From IMG/VR virus record IMGVR_UViG_3300021256_000061: a stretch of 37,868 bases of DNA. One strand, 5' to 3'. The translations under genes and the position numbers were made by a program. The stretch is from a virus. Lineage: Duplodnaviria > Heunggongvirae > Uroviricota > Caudoviricetes. The notes under the pieces are model-generated. The model worked only from the letters and a program-made list of their open reading frames with translations. It did not search any database and was not told where the DNA came from. Shown here in pieces: positions 8,881-17,022 of this stretch (positions are counted from its first letter, which is position 1; each line of letters begins with the position of its first letter).

Positions 8881-8932
8881 CAGGATAGAATATGAAAAAG
8901 AATACAGTTAAACTCAACGAAGCACAGTTAAG
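8641..8932 (+). repeat. 32-bp direct repeat (8641-8672 and 8901-8932) encoding NTVKLNEAQL
   Basis: aatacagttaaactcaacgaagc[g/a]cagttaag, one mismatch. Confidence 0.9.
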
Positions 8933-9252
8933 AAAAAATTGTTGCTGAATCGGTGAAGAAGGTTCTGAAAGAAAGTGACTTCAATAATACGGATTATGAC
9001 ATGTCTCCAGAAGCCGTGTCGATACGTAATCGTAATCGTGGTATTGGGGACGACGGTTTGAATGATGCTAAACGTAAATTTAGGCACATTCTTAATTGGG
9101 TTGCTCAGAGTATTGCAGCAATGAGTTCGGTACACTACGGAAACGTAAACTTTCAGCATACTTCATTTGAACGCGAGGAAGAAAGGGCTAGGCAGGCTCT
9201 TGAAGAATTTCATAAGCTCCTCGATAAAGTTTCAATTGAGTATCTTGATTAA
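8892..9252 (+). pseudogene. Head-cargo-helix protein with an apparent 1-nt insertion in an A run (pseudogene, slippage site or assembly error)
   Basis: ATG at 8892 gives MKKNTVKLNEAQLRK, then a stop. Removing one A from the A6 run (8933-8938) restores KIVAESVKKVLKESD and joins the track ORF 8953-9252. Confidence 0.65.
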
Positions 9253-9296
9253 CCCCTTCAAACTTGTTAATCTCAGATATTTTTAGTATTTTTGAT

Positions 9297-9328
9297 AAAA
9301 GCCGTAGGATTTCTCCTGCGGCTTTTTT
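9297..9328. terminator. Bidirectional intrinsic terminator
   Basis: aaaa-gccgtagga-tttc-tcctgcggc-tttttt between convergent genes. Confidence 0.75.
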
Positions 9329-9371
9329 CTATGAAAATAGACAATTTACTCCACAGTGGCAATGTGAAATG

Positions 9372-10010
9372 TTATATTTCTAGTTCTGGGTCTTTGCTAC
9401 CATCAATGGTATTCGGATTGAATGGTAAGTCTTTTTCATAATCAAGCAACCCATTTATAAAGTCTTTCCCTTTCATCTTTACATAGTCTGACACCATTAC
9501 CAACACAGACGCATCAAAGTCAATGTCAGTGAGCCTTTGAAAAGTATCAATGGTTACTGCAATATCACCTGATGATATGTTCCCTAAAAGAAGTTCAATG
9601 ACTCGCTTATTGCAACCATTGTTGATTGTCAGAAACTCGTAAATCTTGTTCTGTCGGTAGGTTTTCTGTTTTAGTTTCGGGTTTGTCTCCCTTACCGCTG
9701 TGAACAAATCTGCCCATGATAGGTTAAGAAGTGGCCATAATATCTCTTCTGGTAGAATGACTCTTGACAATCTTTTCTTTGTCGTTAAGCATTGCCGTAC
9801 AATCGGGAATGAAAATACTGAACATGCTTTTATTTCAGCAAGCCTTTCAGTGGTACATCCCTTATAAGACATATACTCCATAACGGCAATTGCCATGTAG
9901 TTGAACGAATATGCAAGCCTCCATTCGAGGACACTTCCTTCTTTAACGCCATTCATAAACTGCGTATTTCTCCATCTTTCTATGATTTCTTTCTTTTGTT
10001 TTTTGTTCAT
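9372..10010 (-). CDS. Hypothetical protein (late-motif associated)
   Basis: 212-aa ORF with CTATTTAT on the minus strand at 10037-10030. Confidence 0.7.
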   Translation of the reverse strand: MNKKQKKEIIERWRNTQFMNGVKEGSVLEWRLAYSFNYMAIAVMEYMSYKGCTTERLAEIKACSVFSFPIVRQCLTTKKRLSRVILPEEILWPLLNLSWADLFTAVRETNPKLKQKTYRQNKIYEFLTINNGCNKRVIELLLGNISSGDIAVTIDTFQRLTDIDFDASVLVMVSDYVKMKGKDFINGLLDYEKDLPFNPNTIDGSKDPELEI

Positions 10011-10029
10011 AACTATTATCTTTTTGTAT

Positions 10030-10037
10030 ATAAATAG
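10030..10037 (-). promoter_or_regulatory. Putative late promoter motif CTATTTAT
   Basis: Located 19 nt upstream of the start at 10010. Confidence 0.6.
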
Positions 10038-10107
10038 TGCATAGGTTCAAAAAGAATGAAAAATTATGAAACATTTTTTCAAAAAAGTTGTTCACCCATT
10101 ATAAAAC

Positions 10108-10134
10108 AAAAAAACCGTAGAGCATCTACGGTTT
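10108..10134 (-). terminator. Intrinsic terminator with no annotated gene upstream
   Basis: aaaccgtag-agcat-ctacggttt with a minus-strand U-tract. Confidence 0.6.
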
Positions 10135-10312
10135 AAATGGACAAATCAGCCACGATTAAGCGCCCAAGAGATTAACATCTCTTTTATAAATATAATGCAT
10201 TATTATAAATTGTCAAGATAATTTACAACACTCAAAGGGATAATTCCGAAATAATTTATAGAGAAATCGGGCCTTGGTGATGAGTTTGCTGTAATAGAAT
10301 AGACTTTTCGAA

Positions 10313-10320
10313 CTATTTAT
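10313..10320 (+). promoter_or_regulatory. Putative late promoter motif CTATTTAT
   Basis: Upstream of the ATG at 10338. Confidence 0.6.
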
Positions 10321-10337
10321 AAAGAAAGCTTTAAATC

Positions 10338-10637
10338 ATGAAACTTAATATTACAGAAAATGATATACGCAAAATGGTTAATGCCAGCGTAAGGCGAATC
10401 TTGAGGGAGGAAATTACCCGCGAAATGATAAGTGGTGCGATGACGCATGATATCGCAGATGCGTACGAGGCTGCCTTTAATGAAAAGGCTCCGCTGTTTG
10501 AGCCTAATGCTATCGACCTTGTTCTACAAAAGTATGCAAATGCGACGCCAGAGGAAAAGCGTGTATTCGAAAAAAAACTAAATCATGAATATGATGGTGA
10601 GCCAATTGAATTGCTTGATTTAGACGATGAATTTTAA
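10338..10637 (+). CDS. Small protein with N-terminal head-cargo helix
   Basis: 99 aa, MKLNITENDIRKMVNASVRRILREE. Has its own promoter motif and terminator. Confidence 0.75.
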   Translation: MKLNITENDIRKMVNASVRRILREEITREMISGAMTHDIADAYEAAFNEKAPLFEPNAIDLVLQKYANATPEEKRVFEKKLNHEYDGEPIELLDLDDEF

Positions 10638-10672
10638 AAAAACCCCAGGTTAAAACCTGGGGCTCTTTTTTT
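10636..10672. terminator. Bidirectional intrinsic terminator
   Basis: A-tract, ccccagg-ttaaaa-cctgggg, T-tract, between convergent genes. Confidence 0.75.
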
Positions 10673-10673
10673 A

Positions 10674-11087
10674 TTATTCCTTTGGTTTAGTAACTTTAAC
10701 TGGAATGTTGGCTACCTTTTTGGGTTCCTCTTCTTTAGGAGGGAGTAGTTTTACGGTAACAGTCAGACCAGTCCCATCGGTACTAGCCTCAAATGTTTCA
10801 ACATCAGCATCCTCTGGTAGGGTTCTAGATGTTGCATAATGAAATTCTTCCCCGTCCTTCACTTTGTCATACTTGACATTTAGTTGTCCATTTTCTACTG
10901 TGATTTCTACACTGTTTGGGTCAATGTCGATACCTGGAAGAAAATTGAATGAGTAGCCGTTCTCATTACGAGAGAGGGAATCGTTAAGATTTGCGTTTAC
11001 TTTCAAATCATCTTTACCAAAGAAGTCATCGTTAAAAAACGAAAACGCGCCGAAAAGCGATGGCCAGAATAACAAATCTTGTTTCAT
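10674..11087 (-). CDS. Small heat-shock protein (Hsp20/alpha-crystallin domain)
   Basis: 137 aa. LPGIDIDPNSVEITVENGQLNV...SRTLPEDADVETFEASTDGTGLTVTV. Confidence 0.8.
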   Translation of the reverse strand: MKQDLLFWPSLFGAFSFFNDDFFGKDDLKVNANLNDSLSRNENGYSFNFLPGIDIDPNSVEITVENGQLNVKYDKVKDGEEFHYATSRTLPEDADVETFEASTDGTGLTVTVKLLPPKEEEPKKVANIPVKVTKPKE

Positions 11088-11107
11088 TTTTTAAAACATT
11101 TAAAATA

Positions 11108-11326
11108 TTATAATCTGCTTACAATCCTACCTCTGGTAAGGTCGTAAGGACTCATTTCAATTTTTACTCTATCGCCCGCAATAACTTTAATATAATTTTT
11201 CCGCATCTTTCCGCAGGCGTGGCATAATATAACAGCGTCGTTGCAATCAAGACGCACCCTGAACATTACATTTGGGAGTGTCTCGATTACTTCGCCGATT
11301 ACTTCTATTGCCTTTTCTTTTGCCAT
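11108..11326 (-). CDS. infA: Translation initiation factor IF-1
   Basis: 72 aa, [24 protein letters not shown]...[30 protein letters not shown]. Confidence 0.95.
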   Translation of the reverse strand: MAKEKAIEVIGEVIETLPNVMFRVRLDCNDAVILCHACGKMRKNYIKVIAGDRVKIEMSPYDLTRGRIVSRL

Positions 11327-11349
11327 ATCTTTAATATATAGTCTCTTCT

Positions 11350-12486
11350 TTAAATAATTTTCTTTCTTTCGTTAGTATAACTTTCGTCATCTATGTTGTA
11401 AATGTCAGCTAATGTCATTGGTTTGTTTGTCGTTGGCAGTGGGTCCCTATCTTTGTATAGGGAAGCAAGAAGTTTATTCGCTTTCTCGGTTTCCAGCTCT
11501 TTAAATTCGTATTTGCAAGCCAACCTGCCTTTCCTCAATAGTGCGTCATCAATATTGGATATATTTTCATTGAACGTACAAATGAACTTGAGATTAAGCT
11601 CATCACTTAATAACCCGTCACCCATATTGAGGAGTAGGCTTACCGCACTACTGGAAGACATAGAGGATTTCCTGGTACGAATTACATCTTCGCAATCTTC
11701 GAGTATTATGATGCTATCTTTCATACTCATTAGGAAATTACCAAAAGACGGCTCGCCGAGTAGCCGTATCATATTTGCGGGTACGAACACGAATTTACAT
11801 GTAGGGTTGTTTGAAATGATGTTTCTTATGTACGTGGTCTTTCCTGTACCCTTTTCTCCGTGGAGAATTATTAAACCACTTTTTTCTTTATTCTTAATGA
11901 ATGCATCGATTATCGCGTTGGCCCCTACAAAATCATCATTATATTGTTTTTCAATGTCGAAATTTTCGGGCGGATTAATTGTATATTTATTTAGGAGGAA
12001 TCCGTTCTGGTCTTGCGCAACAAGGAATAGGTTGTCCTTTTCTGGTTCTGGCTTTTTATATGATTTTTTAACCAGGTCTATTAATTTGTTTAATTCCTCA
12101 ATATTATTGTTCGTATATAGTATGTAAGATTCGGTTACGGATTCTTCTATCCTTGCAAAAAGATTCTCTTTTTTCAGATATATATTTATGCCAACGCTTT
12201 CTTTGTTTTTCCCAAATTCAAGCGTCTTATAAATCACGTATTCCAAGTTTCTTTTTCCTGTCAGTTTTTGCCACCAACTTCTTTTGTCATACGCTTCAAT
12301 AATCTGAGGTAAAAGACTGGGGGTGTCGAAAAAATTTTCGATATCTGTCTTGGGATTCGCGAACATGTAACAATTGGGAAAACATTTGTTCCTCAAATAA
12401 AACATGTTCTGAAGTGACAGGCCACTCATTTTTGAGTAGCAATCTACATTGTTTTTCGCTAGACGTATATTGGTGAAATTTCTCAT
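11350..12486 (-). CDS. AAA+ family ATPase (single C-terminal AAA domain)
   Basis: 378 aa. Walker [10 protein letters not shown], Walker [16 protein letters not shown], and SRH TFN...ALLRKGRL. Confidence 0.85.
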   Translation of the reverse strand: MRNFTNIRLAKNNVDCYSKMSGLSLQNMFYLRNKCFPNCYMFANPKTDIENFFDTPSLLPQIIEAYDKRSWWQKLTGKRNLEYVIYKTLEFGKNKESVGINIYLKKENLFARIEESVTESYILYTNNNIEELNKLIDLVKKSYKKPEPEKDNLFLVAQDQNGFLLNKYTINPPENFDIEKQYNDDFVGANAIIDAFIKNKEKSGLIILHGEKGTGKTTYIRNIISNNPTCKFVFVPANMIRLLGEPSFGNFLMSMKDSIIILEDCEDVIRTRKSSMSSSSAVSLLLNMGDGLLSDELNLKFICTFNENISNIDDALLRKGRLACKYEFKELETEKANKLLASLYKDRDPLPTTNKPMTLADIYNIDDESYTNERKKII

Positions 12487-13622
12487 TATACAGCTTCTTT
12501 ATATTTACCTTTTTTGGATAGTTTTTCCTGTACGTCTTCTTCTGTGATTGTCAATGTCTTGGTATTATTAATGGGGACTTCATACATGTAGTCAATCATG
12601 ACGGTTTCCATTATATTGCGTAGTCCTCTTGCGCCTGTTTTGAGGGATAGCGCGGTTTTAGCTATCCTCGACAAAGCATCCTTAGAAAAACTTAATGAAC
12701 ACCCATCAATTTCCATTAACGTCTTGTATTGTCCTACAAGTGAATCTTTTGGCTCGGTAAGTATTCTTACCATCTGCTCCTCGTTTAGCTTGGTGACATT
12801 GGTTATGACGGGGAAGCGTCCAACGAATTCTGGTATAAACCCAAAATCCTTAATGTCCTGGGGGGTTACATAATCAATGGGCTCTTTTCCGTTATCAATC
12901 TTTTGAGTCTCGGCATTGTTAAAGCCGATTCTGCCAGAACCAAGGCGCTTTTTGACTATATCTTCAATACCAACAAAAGCACCTGAGCCAATGAAGAGGA
13001 TATTGGTTGTATCTATATACAATAGTGGCTGTTCTGGATGTTTACGTCCACCAAACGGGGGTACGCCAATTACATTGCCTTCAACTATTTTGAGGAGTCC
13101 CTGTTGTACCCCTTCGCCTGAAACATCTCTGGTTATCGATGTACTAGCCCCCTTCTTTGCAATTTTGTCTATTTCATCAATAAAAACAATGCCGCGTTCT
13201 GCTGCCTCGATATCATAATCGCATTCTCTGAGGAGACCAACAAGCAAAGATTCAATGTCATCACCGACGTACCCAGCCTCGGTAATAGAAGTTGCGCTAC
13301 CGATATAGCAGGGCACATTAAGTAGTTTGGCAATTGTTTTAACCAGTAGAGTTTTTCCGCTGCCAGTTTCACCTAAAACAAGAATATTGGATTTGCCGAG
13401 TTTCTCTTCGTGCGTTTCATTATATGCAATCATCTTATAGTGATTATATATTGCAACTGAAAGCACCTTTTTCGCCTCTTCTTGCCCAATCACATATTCA
13501 TCAAGATACTCCTTTATTTCATTGGGCTTCAGAAGTGTTATTTCGTTATTTACTACGTTCTGATTCTGTTCAGGGTTATTCATTCTCTTTCCTTTTTTAT
13601 TAATAGCCTTTTCTTTCTCCAT
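12486..13622 (-). CDS. clpX: ClpX-like unfoldase lacking the N-terminal Zn-binding domain
   Basis: VIGQEEAKKVLSVAIYNHYK, KSNIL.LGETGSGKT, EAGYVGDD, FIDEIDKI, RDVSGEGVQQGLLK, RKHP, IGF loop, GARGLR. Confidence 0.93.
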   Translation of the reverse strand: MEKEKAINKKGKRMNNPEQNQNVVNNEITLLKPNEIKEYLDEYVIGQEEAKKVLSVAIYNHYKMIAYNETHEEKLGKSNILVLGETGSGKTLLVKTIAKLLNVPCYIGSATSITEAGYVGDDIESLLVGLLRECDYDIEAAERGIVFIDEIDKIAKKGASTSITRDVSGEGVQQGLLKIVEGNVIGVPPFGGRKHPEQPLLYIDTTNILFIGSGAFVGIEDIVKKRLGSGRIGFNNAETQKIDNGKEPIDYVTPQDIKDFGFIPEFVGRFPVITNVTKLNEEQMVRILTEPKDSLVGQYKTLMEIDGCSLSFSKDALSRIAKTALSLKTGARGLRNIMETVMIDYMYEVPINNTKTLTITEEDVQEKLSKKGKYKEAV

Positions 13623-13638
13623 TAAATGAATGTTTGCA

Positions 13639-13669
13639 CAAAGGTATGCAATTTTTTTATTTTTTCAAA
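13639..13669 (-). promoter_or_regulatory. Bacteroidota sigma70-type promoter (TTTG-N19-TACCTTTG)
   Basis: TTTG at 13669-13666 and TACCTTTG at 13646-13639. Drives the clpX-AAA-infA-hsp20 run. Confidence 0.75.
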
Positions 13670-15390
13670 AAACTTTTGAATTTATTTACGCCGATTTTTT
13701 TCTTTGGCTGCTGAGAGTTATTAGTATTTATTGCTTTACTACTATTAGTTTTTTTTGCAAAAATATTGTCTACCATAACATTTTTAAAGTTTAAGTAGTC
13801 TTTATGGTAGAGATTTCTTAGCTTCTCTGCGGCGTCAAGTATTTCGTTTTTTACGGAACCAAGGTCCATATAACATCTCTGGGGAGAGAAAATTTTTTCA
13901 TCAACGAAGTTCAATGTCTTCTTCGCTCTAGACCAGGCAACATATTGTATGTGTTGTTCTGCTTCTATCTCCCACGGCTTTGTCGCCAAAGGGCTAGGCA
14001 TTAATGAGGGGCAGACAATAAAAATATTATCAGCTTCTAATCCTTTGGCTTTGTGTACTGTACTTAGACAGATACCTTGTCCGTTGCTGTCGGTATAAAT
14101 TTTATTAATGCGACTTTTAAGATACATTAAATCGGTTGTCCCATTTCCTAAAATTTCAATAGTTTTTATGGAATCGTAGAGTTTCATAAATTTCTCGGTT
14201 TGGATTGCATCTTCAAAGGCTAGTCCTTCTGTTTCTACGCTTTTCCTTAATGATTTCAAGAGACTTTTATATAGTCTGGGTATTACTCCGTCTACAGAGA
14301 AATCAAAACTGAGTGTTGTTGAATTTGTGCTGTCCATTAAGGCGTTGAGATTATTACCAATATCACCGCCTTTTATGTATGCATTAATATTTTTTTTAAT
14401 GTAGTCCGCATAAAGGACTGAGAGTGGAGCTGAGTTCCTGCACAACACCATATCCCCAGGCTTTGCGTCAAAAATGCTTACATCGTAATTAACTTTACCT
14501 TCAATTGCATTTGGTGCAGCCTGAATGTCTGGTACTAATGTCTGTAATTTTTTTATGATAGCAATTGGACAACGGTAACATATAGGCAAATCAAGTTGAA
14601 TAGTATTGCTCTCTTTAAGAAAGTTTTCAAATGCCGATTCATCGGAACCGCACCACGCATTGATTGTTTGGTCTTTGTCCCCAATGGCCACAAACCTAGT
14701 GCCCCTTCTTAGGCATTTCCTAAAAAGTTCTTGGCGAATTGGTGATGTGTCTTGAGCCTCGTCTATTATTATCCAGTCAAACTTAAATTTTTTTGTTCCC
14801 AGCCCAAGCTCGTATGGGAGCCACTCCATATCAGTATAATCTATTGTCGAAATATTTTGCTTGCCCCAGGCTAAAATTTTTTCCACCGTGGACACTTCGT
14901 TATCAACGCATAATATTCCATATTTTTCTGCGACGCGCCCAATTTCCGCCTCGCTTTGGCATTTATTGTATCTAGATAAGTCCGTTAGTTCTTCGCAATT
15001 CTTCTTGTAGCGTTCGTAATCTTCTGGCGAAAGGTAATCTTTGTTATCCCTAAGTTTGGGAAGATTTTTGTTGATAAAGGTTTTATATTTGAACGCATCA
15101 AGTGTTATGTTGGGATATTTTTCTCTAATAATTCTATAACCAAGGGCATGGAAAGTCCATGCGTAAACATTGGGTTTATCTTGTATCCTCTCTGCGAGTT
15201 CGTTTGCTATGCTCTTATTAAAGGCAAGGAAGAGAACTTTTTTTTCAGAGGGAATATAGTCAAGGGCTTTAACTGCTGTGGTTGTTTTGCTGGACCCAGC
15301 TTTTGCATTTATGACAGCGTTTCCTACGCCTGTTGCAAAAAAATCGAATATTTTTTGCTGGTATATGCTCGGTATAAAATTAAATTCCAT
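13657..15390 (-). CDS. UvrD/Rep-like SF1 helicase
   Basis: 577 aa. NAKAGSSKTT, LAFNKSIA, TFHALG, IIDEAQD, GDKDQTI, CYRCP, STVHKAKGLEAD, YVAWSRAK. Confidence 0.88.
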   Translation of the reverse strand: MEFNFIPSIYQQKIFDFFATGVGNAVINAKAGSSKTTTAVKALDYIPSEKKVLFLAFNKSIANELAERIQDKPNVYAWTFHALGYRIIREKYPNITLDAFKYKTFINKNLPKLRDNKDYLSPEDYERYKKNCEELTDLSRYNKCQSEAEIGRVAEKYGILCVDNEVSTVEKILAWGKQNISTIDYTDMEWLPYELGLGTKKFKFDWIIIDEAQDTSPIRQELFRKCLRRGTRFVAIGDKDQTINAWCGSDESAFENFLKESNTIQLDLPICYRCPIAIIKKLQTLVPDIQAAPNAIEGKVNYDVSIFDAKPGDMVLCRNSAPLSVLYADYIKKNINAYIKGGDIGNNLNALMDSTNSTTLSFDFSVDGVIPRLYKSLLKSLRKSVETEGLAFEDAIQTEKFMKLYDSIKTIEILGNGTTDLMYLKSRINKIYTDSNGQGICLSTVHKAKGLEADNIFIVCPSLMPSPLATKPWEIEAEQHIQYVAWSRAKKTLNFVDEKIFSPQRCYMDLGSVKNEILDAAEKLRNLYHKDYLNFKNVMVDNIFAKKTNSSKAINTNNSQQPKKKIGVNKFKSFLKK

Positions 15391-15394
15391 GTTG

Positions 15395-15426
15395 CAAAGA
15401 TAATGTTTAAAAAATAAAAAAACAAA
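15395..15426 (-). promoter_or_regulatory. Bacteroidota sigma70-type promoter (TTTG-N20-TATCTTTG)
   Basis: TTTG at 15426-15423 and TATCTTTG at 15402-15395, 4 nt before the ATG at 15390. Confidence 0.78.
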
Positions 15427-15461
15427 AATTAAATATATTTTTCTTTTAGCACCTTCACCAT

Positions 15462-15469
15462 CTATTTAT
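15462..15469 (+). promoter_or_regulatory. Putative late promoter motif CTATTTAT with no ATG-initiated ORF downstream
   Basis: Followed by a GC-rich structured stretch and a terminator. Confidence 0.5.
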
Positions 15470-15471
15470 TA

Positions 15472-15564
15472 TTGGAGAGCGGTCTAAGAGGGGCAGCATA
15501 ATTCAAAGAGACGGACGCGCCATCTTTGTGCCAATCTCTAAGCGGAGTGCAGGCTCCGCTTTTT
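15472..15564 (+). ncRNA. Candidate small structured RNA (family unknown)
   Basis: Lies between a CTATTTAT motif and the terminator aagcggag-tgcagg-ctccgctt-ttt (15540-15564). Internal stems ggca/tgcc and caaaga/tctttg. No ATG. Confidence 0.3.
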
Positions 15565-15656
15565 CATATTATTATGAGTATGATAGTCAAAAGCCCAATA
15601 TCTCAGTCGATGCTTCGACCAAGAAGATTTCTGACGATATTCTATATGATTTTTTT

Positions 15657-16556
15657 TTAAAGGGGGTTGTAATAATGAAATTTAAACCCCTGGGCTTTTA
15701 GCTCGGTCATGGCTCTATCAATAGCTTTTTTCACAAAGCTGGGGCCCTTTGTTTCCACTGCATTCGTGCAATTTCTACAATAATCAAATACTTTACTAGT
15801 ATCCCATCTATACCCCACTCTATCTCGTGGGGTTATTTTGCCCCTGTCAATACTTTTTGTCCATGAGTTCAATGTGCCTTCTGAGGGACATTCAAAATAA
15901 TTTTGTATTCTCTCTTTTATGTACTCAACATACGACTTAAATTCTTCATATTTTTGTTGGTCATATATTTTATTATCTTCGTTGAGTTCCTTTTTTTGGA
16001 TTTCTACATAATCAGCAAATGGCTGACGCTGTTTTCTTCCTCGATAAAGCCATTTTTTAAATGTTTCCAGGGAGACACCCGTGATTTCTCTAAATCCCTT
16101 CCAGTTCGGACTATAATTTGCAAAATAGGCGTCCTTTGCTTCGTCCTTTGACAAAAAGCCAAGCATTACCTTTGTTTCATCAAATTCACCTTTTTTGTTA
16201 TTTTGGTCTACGCAATACACGTTTTCAAAATCATCAAGGTTTGGCCCAAGAAAAACATCCACAGCATCTCCGTCTTTACCCTTAGTAATATTGAAGTATC
16301 CGTAGTGATTTTTCATCACATTATACTGTAGCTCCCCCTTGTCGTTTTTGTAATACCTTTTACTTCCCTTGGGGTTTTCAATAGCAATTTTCATACCCCT
16401 AACAGAAATGTGGGCCATTCTATAGTTACCCGCTTCTTTTTGTTTTTCAGTAGGCGAGGTATCAACTTCGTTTGTGCGTATGTCAATTTCAGACGAAGCA
16501 ATCTCAGATAACATTCGTCTTAATTGTGTTTCATTTATGAGAATTTTTTTTGCCAT
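15657..16556 (-). CDS. InPase (polyvalent-protein inorganic pyrophosphatase-like) domain protein with N-terminal head-cargo helix
   Basis: KEAGNYRMAHISVRGMKIAIENPKGS...HYGYF...KDGDAVDVFLG...DQ...FDETKVMLGF...AYFANY. N-terminus ILINETQLRRMLSE. Confidence 0.8.
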   Translation of the reverse strand: MAKKILINETQLRRMLSEIASSEIDIRTNEVDTSPTEKQKEAGNYRMAHISVRGMKIAIENPKGSKRYYKNDKGELQYNVMKNHYGYFNITKGKDGDAVDVFLGPNLDDFENVYCVDQNNKKGEFDETKVMLGFLSKDEAKDAYFANYSPNWKGFREITGVSLETFKKWLYRGRKQRQPFADYVEIQKKELNEDNKIYDQQKYEEFKSYVEYIKERIQNYFECPSEGTLNSWTKSIDRGKITPRDRVGYRWDTSKVFDYCRNCTNAVETKGPSFVKKAIDRAMTELKAQGFKFHYYNPL

Positions 16557-16954
16557 TAAACATGATTTTTACTTAAATTGCCATAAGTACCAATCTTATC
16601 ATCATACCAATCGGAAACGACTTGTTTTAAGAATTTTACTCTTTGTTCTTCGTTAGAAAACATGGCTTTATATTTTTCGTTAAGTAAATCTTCTAGGTCT
16701 TGTCTGAACATTTTTTTTAACTCCTGGCCAGATGGTGCCTTCATGATTGCTATCTGGATTTGGCATGGCATTCCTGAATTGTCGAGACTGTCCATCAGTC
16801 CGCGTTCAAACGTATTATCTAAAAATTCTTTGACAATAAGCACTTGTTGGGGGTTTATGGGATATCGCTTTTCTTCTTTGACAAGCACATCTTCCGCCAT
16901 TTTATTCAAAATGGTAGACAATTGCGCTTCATTTAATATAACTTTTTTCCCCAT
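16556..16954 (-). CDS. Hypothetical protein with N-terminal head-cargo helix
   Basis: 132 aa, MGKKVILNEAQLSTILNKM. CTATTTAT at 16978-16971. Confidence 0.75.
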   Translation of the reverse strand: MGKKVILNEAQLSTILNKMAEDVLVKEEKRYPINPQQVLIVKEFLDNTFERGLMDSLDNSGMPCQIQIAIMKAPSGQELKKMFRQDLEDLLNEKYKAMFSNEEQRVKFLKQVVSDWYDDKIGTYGNLSKNHV

Positions 16955-16970
16955 GGCAAATTATTTTAAA

Positions 16971-16978
16971 ATAAATAG
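16971..16978 (-). promoter_or_regulatory. Putative late promoter motif CTATTTAT
   Basis: Located 16 nt upstream of the start at 16954. Confidence 0.6.
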
Positions 16979-16990
16979 TTTCTTTTCAAG

Positions 16991-17020
16991 AAAAAAGCCC
17001 AGGAAGTAGCCCTGGGCTTT
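16991..17020 (-). terminator. Intrinsic terminator after clpC-like gene
   Basis: aaagcccagg-aagtagc-cctgggcttt with a minus-strand U-tract. Confidence 0.7.
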
Positions 17021-17022
17021 AA

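Noticed and set aside
11402-12127. 241-aa plus-strand ORF; similar long antisense ORFs at 17675-18331 and 33335-33949
   Set aside because: Each is fully antisense to a well-supported gene, has no promoter or terminator context, and shows no recognisable motifs.
15490-15522. Superficial likeness to a c-di-GMP-I riboswitch (gggcagcataattcaaagagacggacgc)
   Set aside because: The P2 stem and GNRA tetraloop cannot form as required, and there is no downstream gene in the regulated orientation.
15575-15661. 28-codon plus-strand ORF MSMIVKSPISQ...
   Set aside because: It lies downstream of a terminator, has no promoter, converges into the InPase stop, and has no supporting features.
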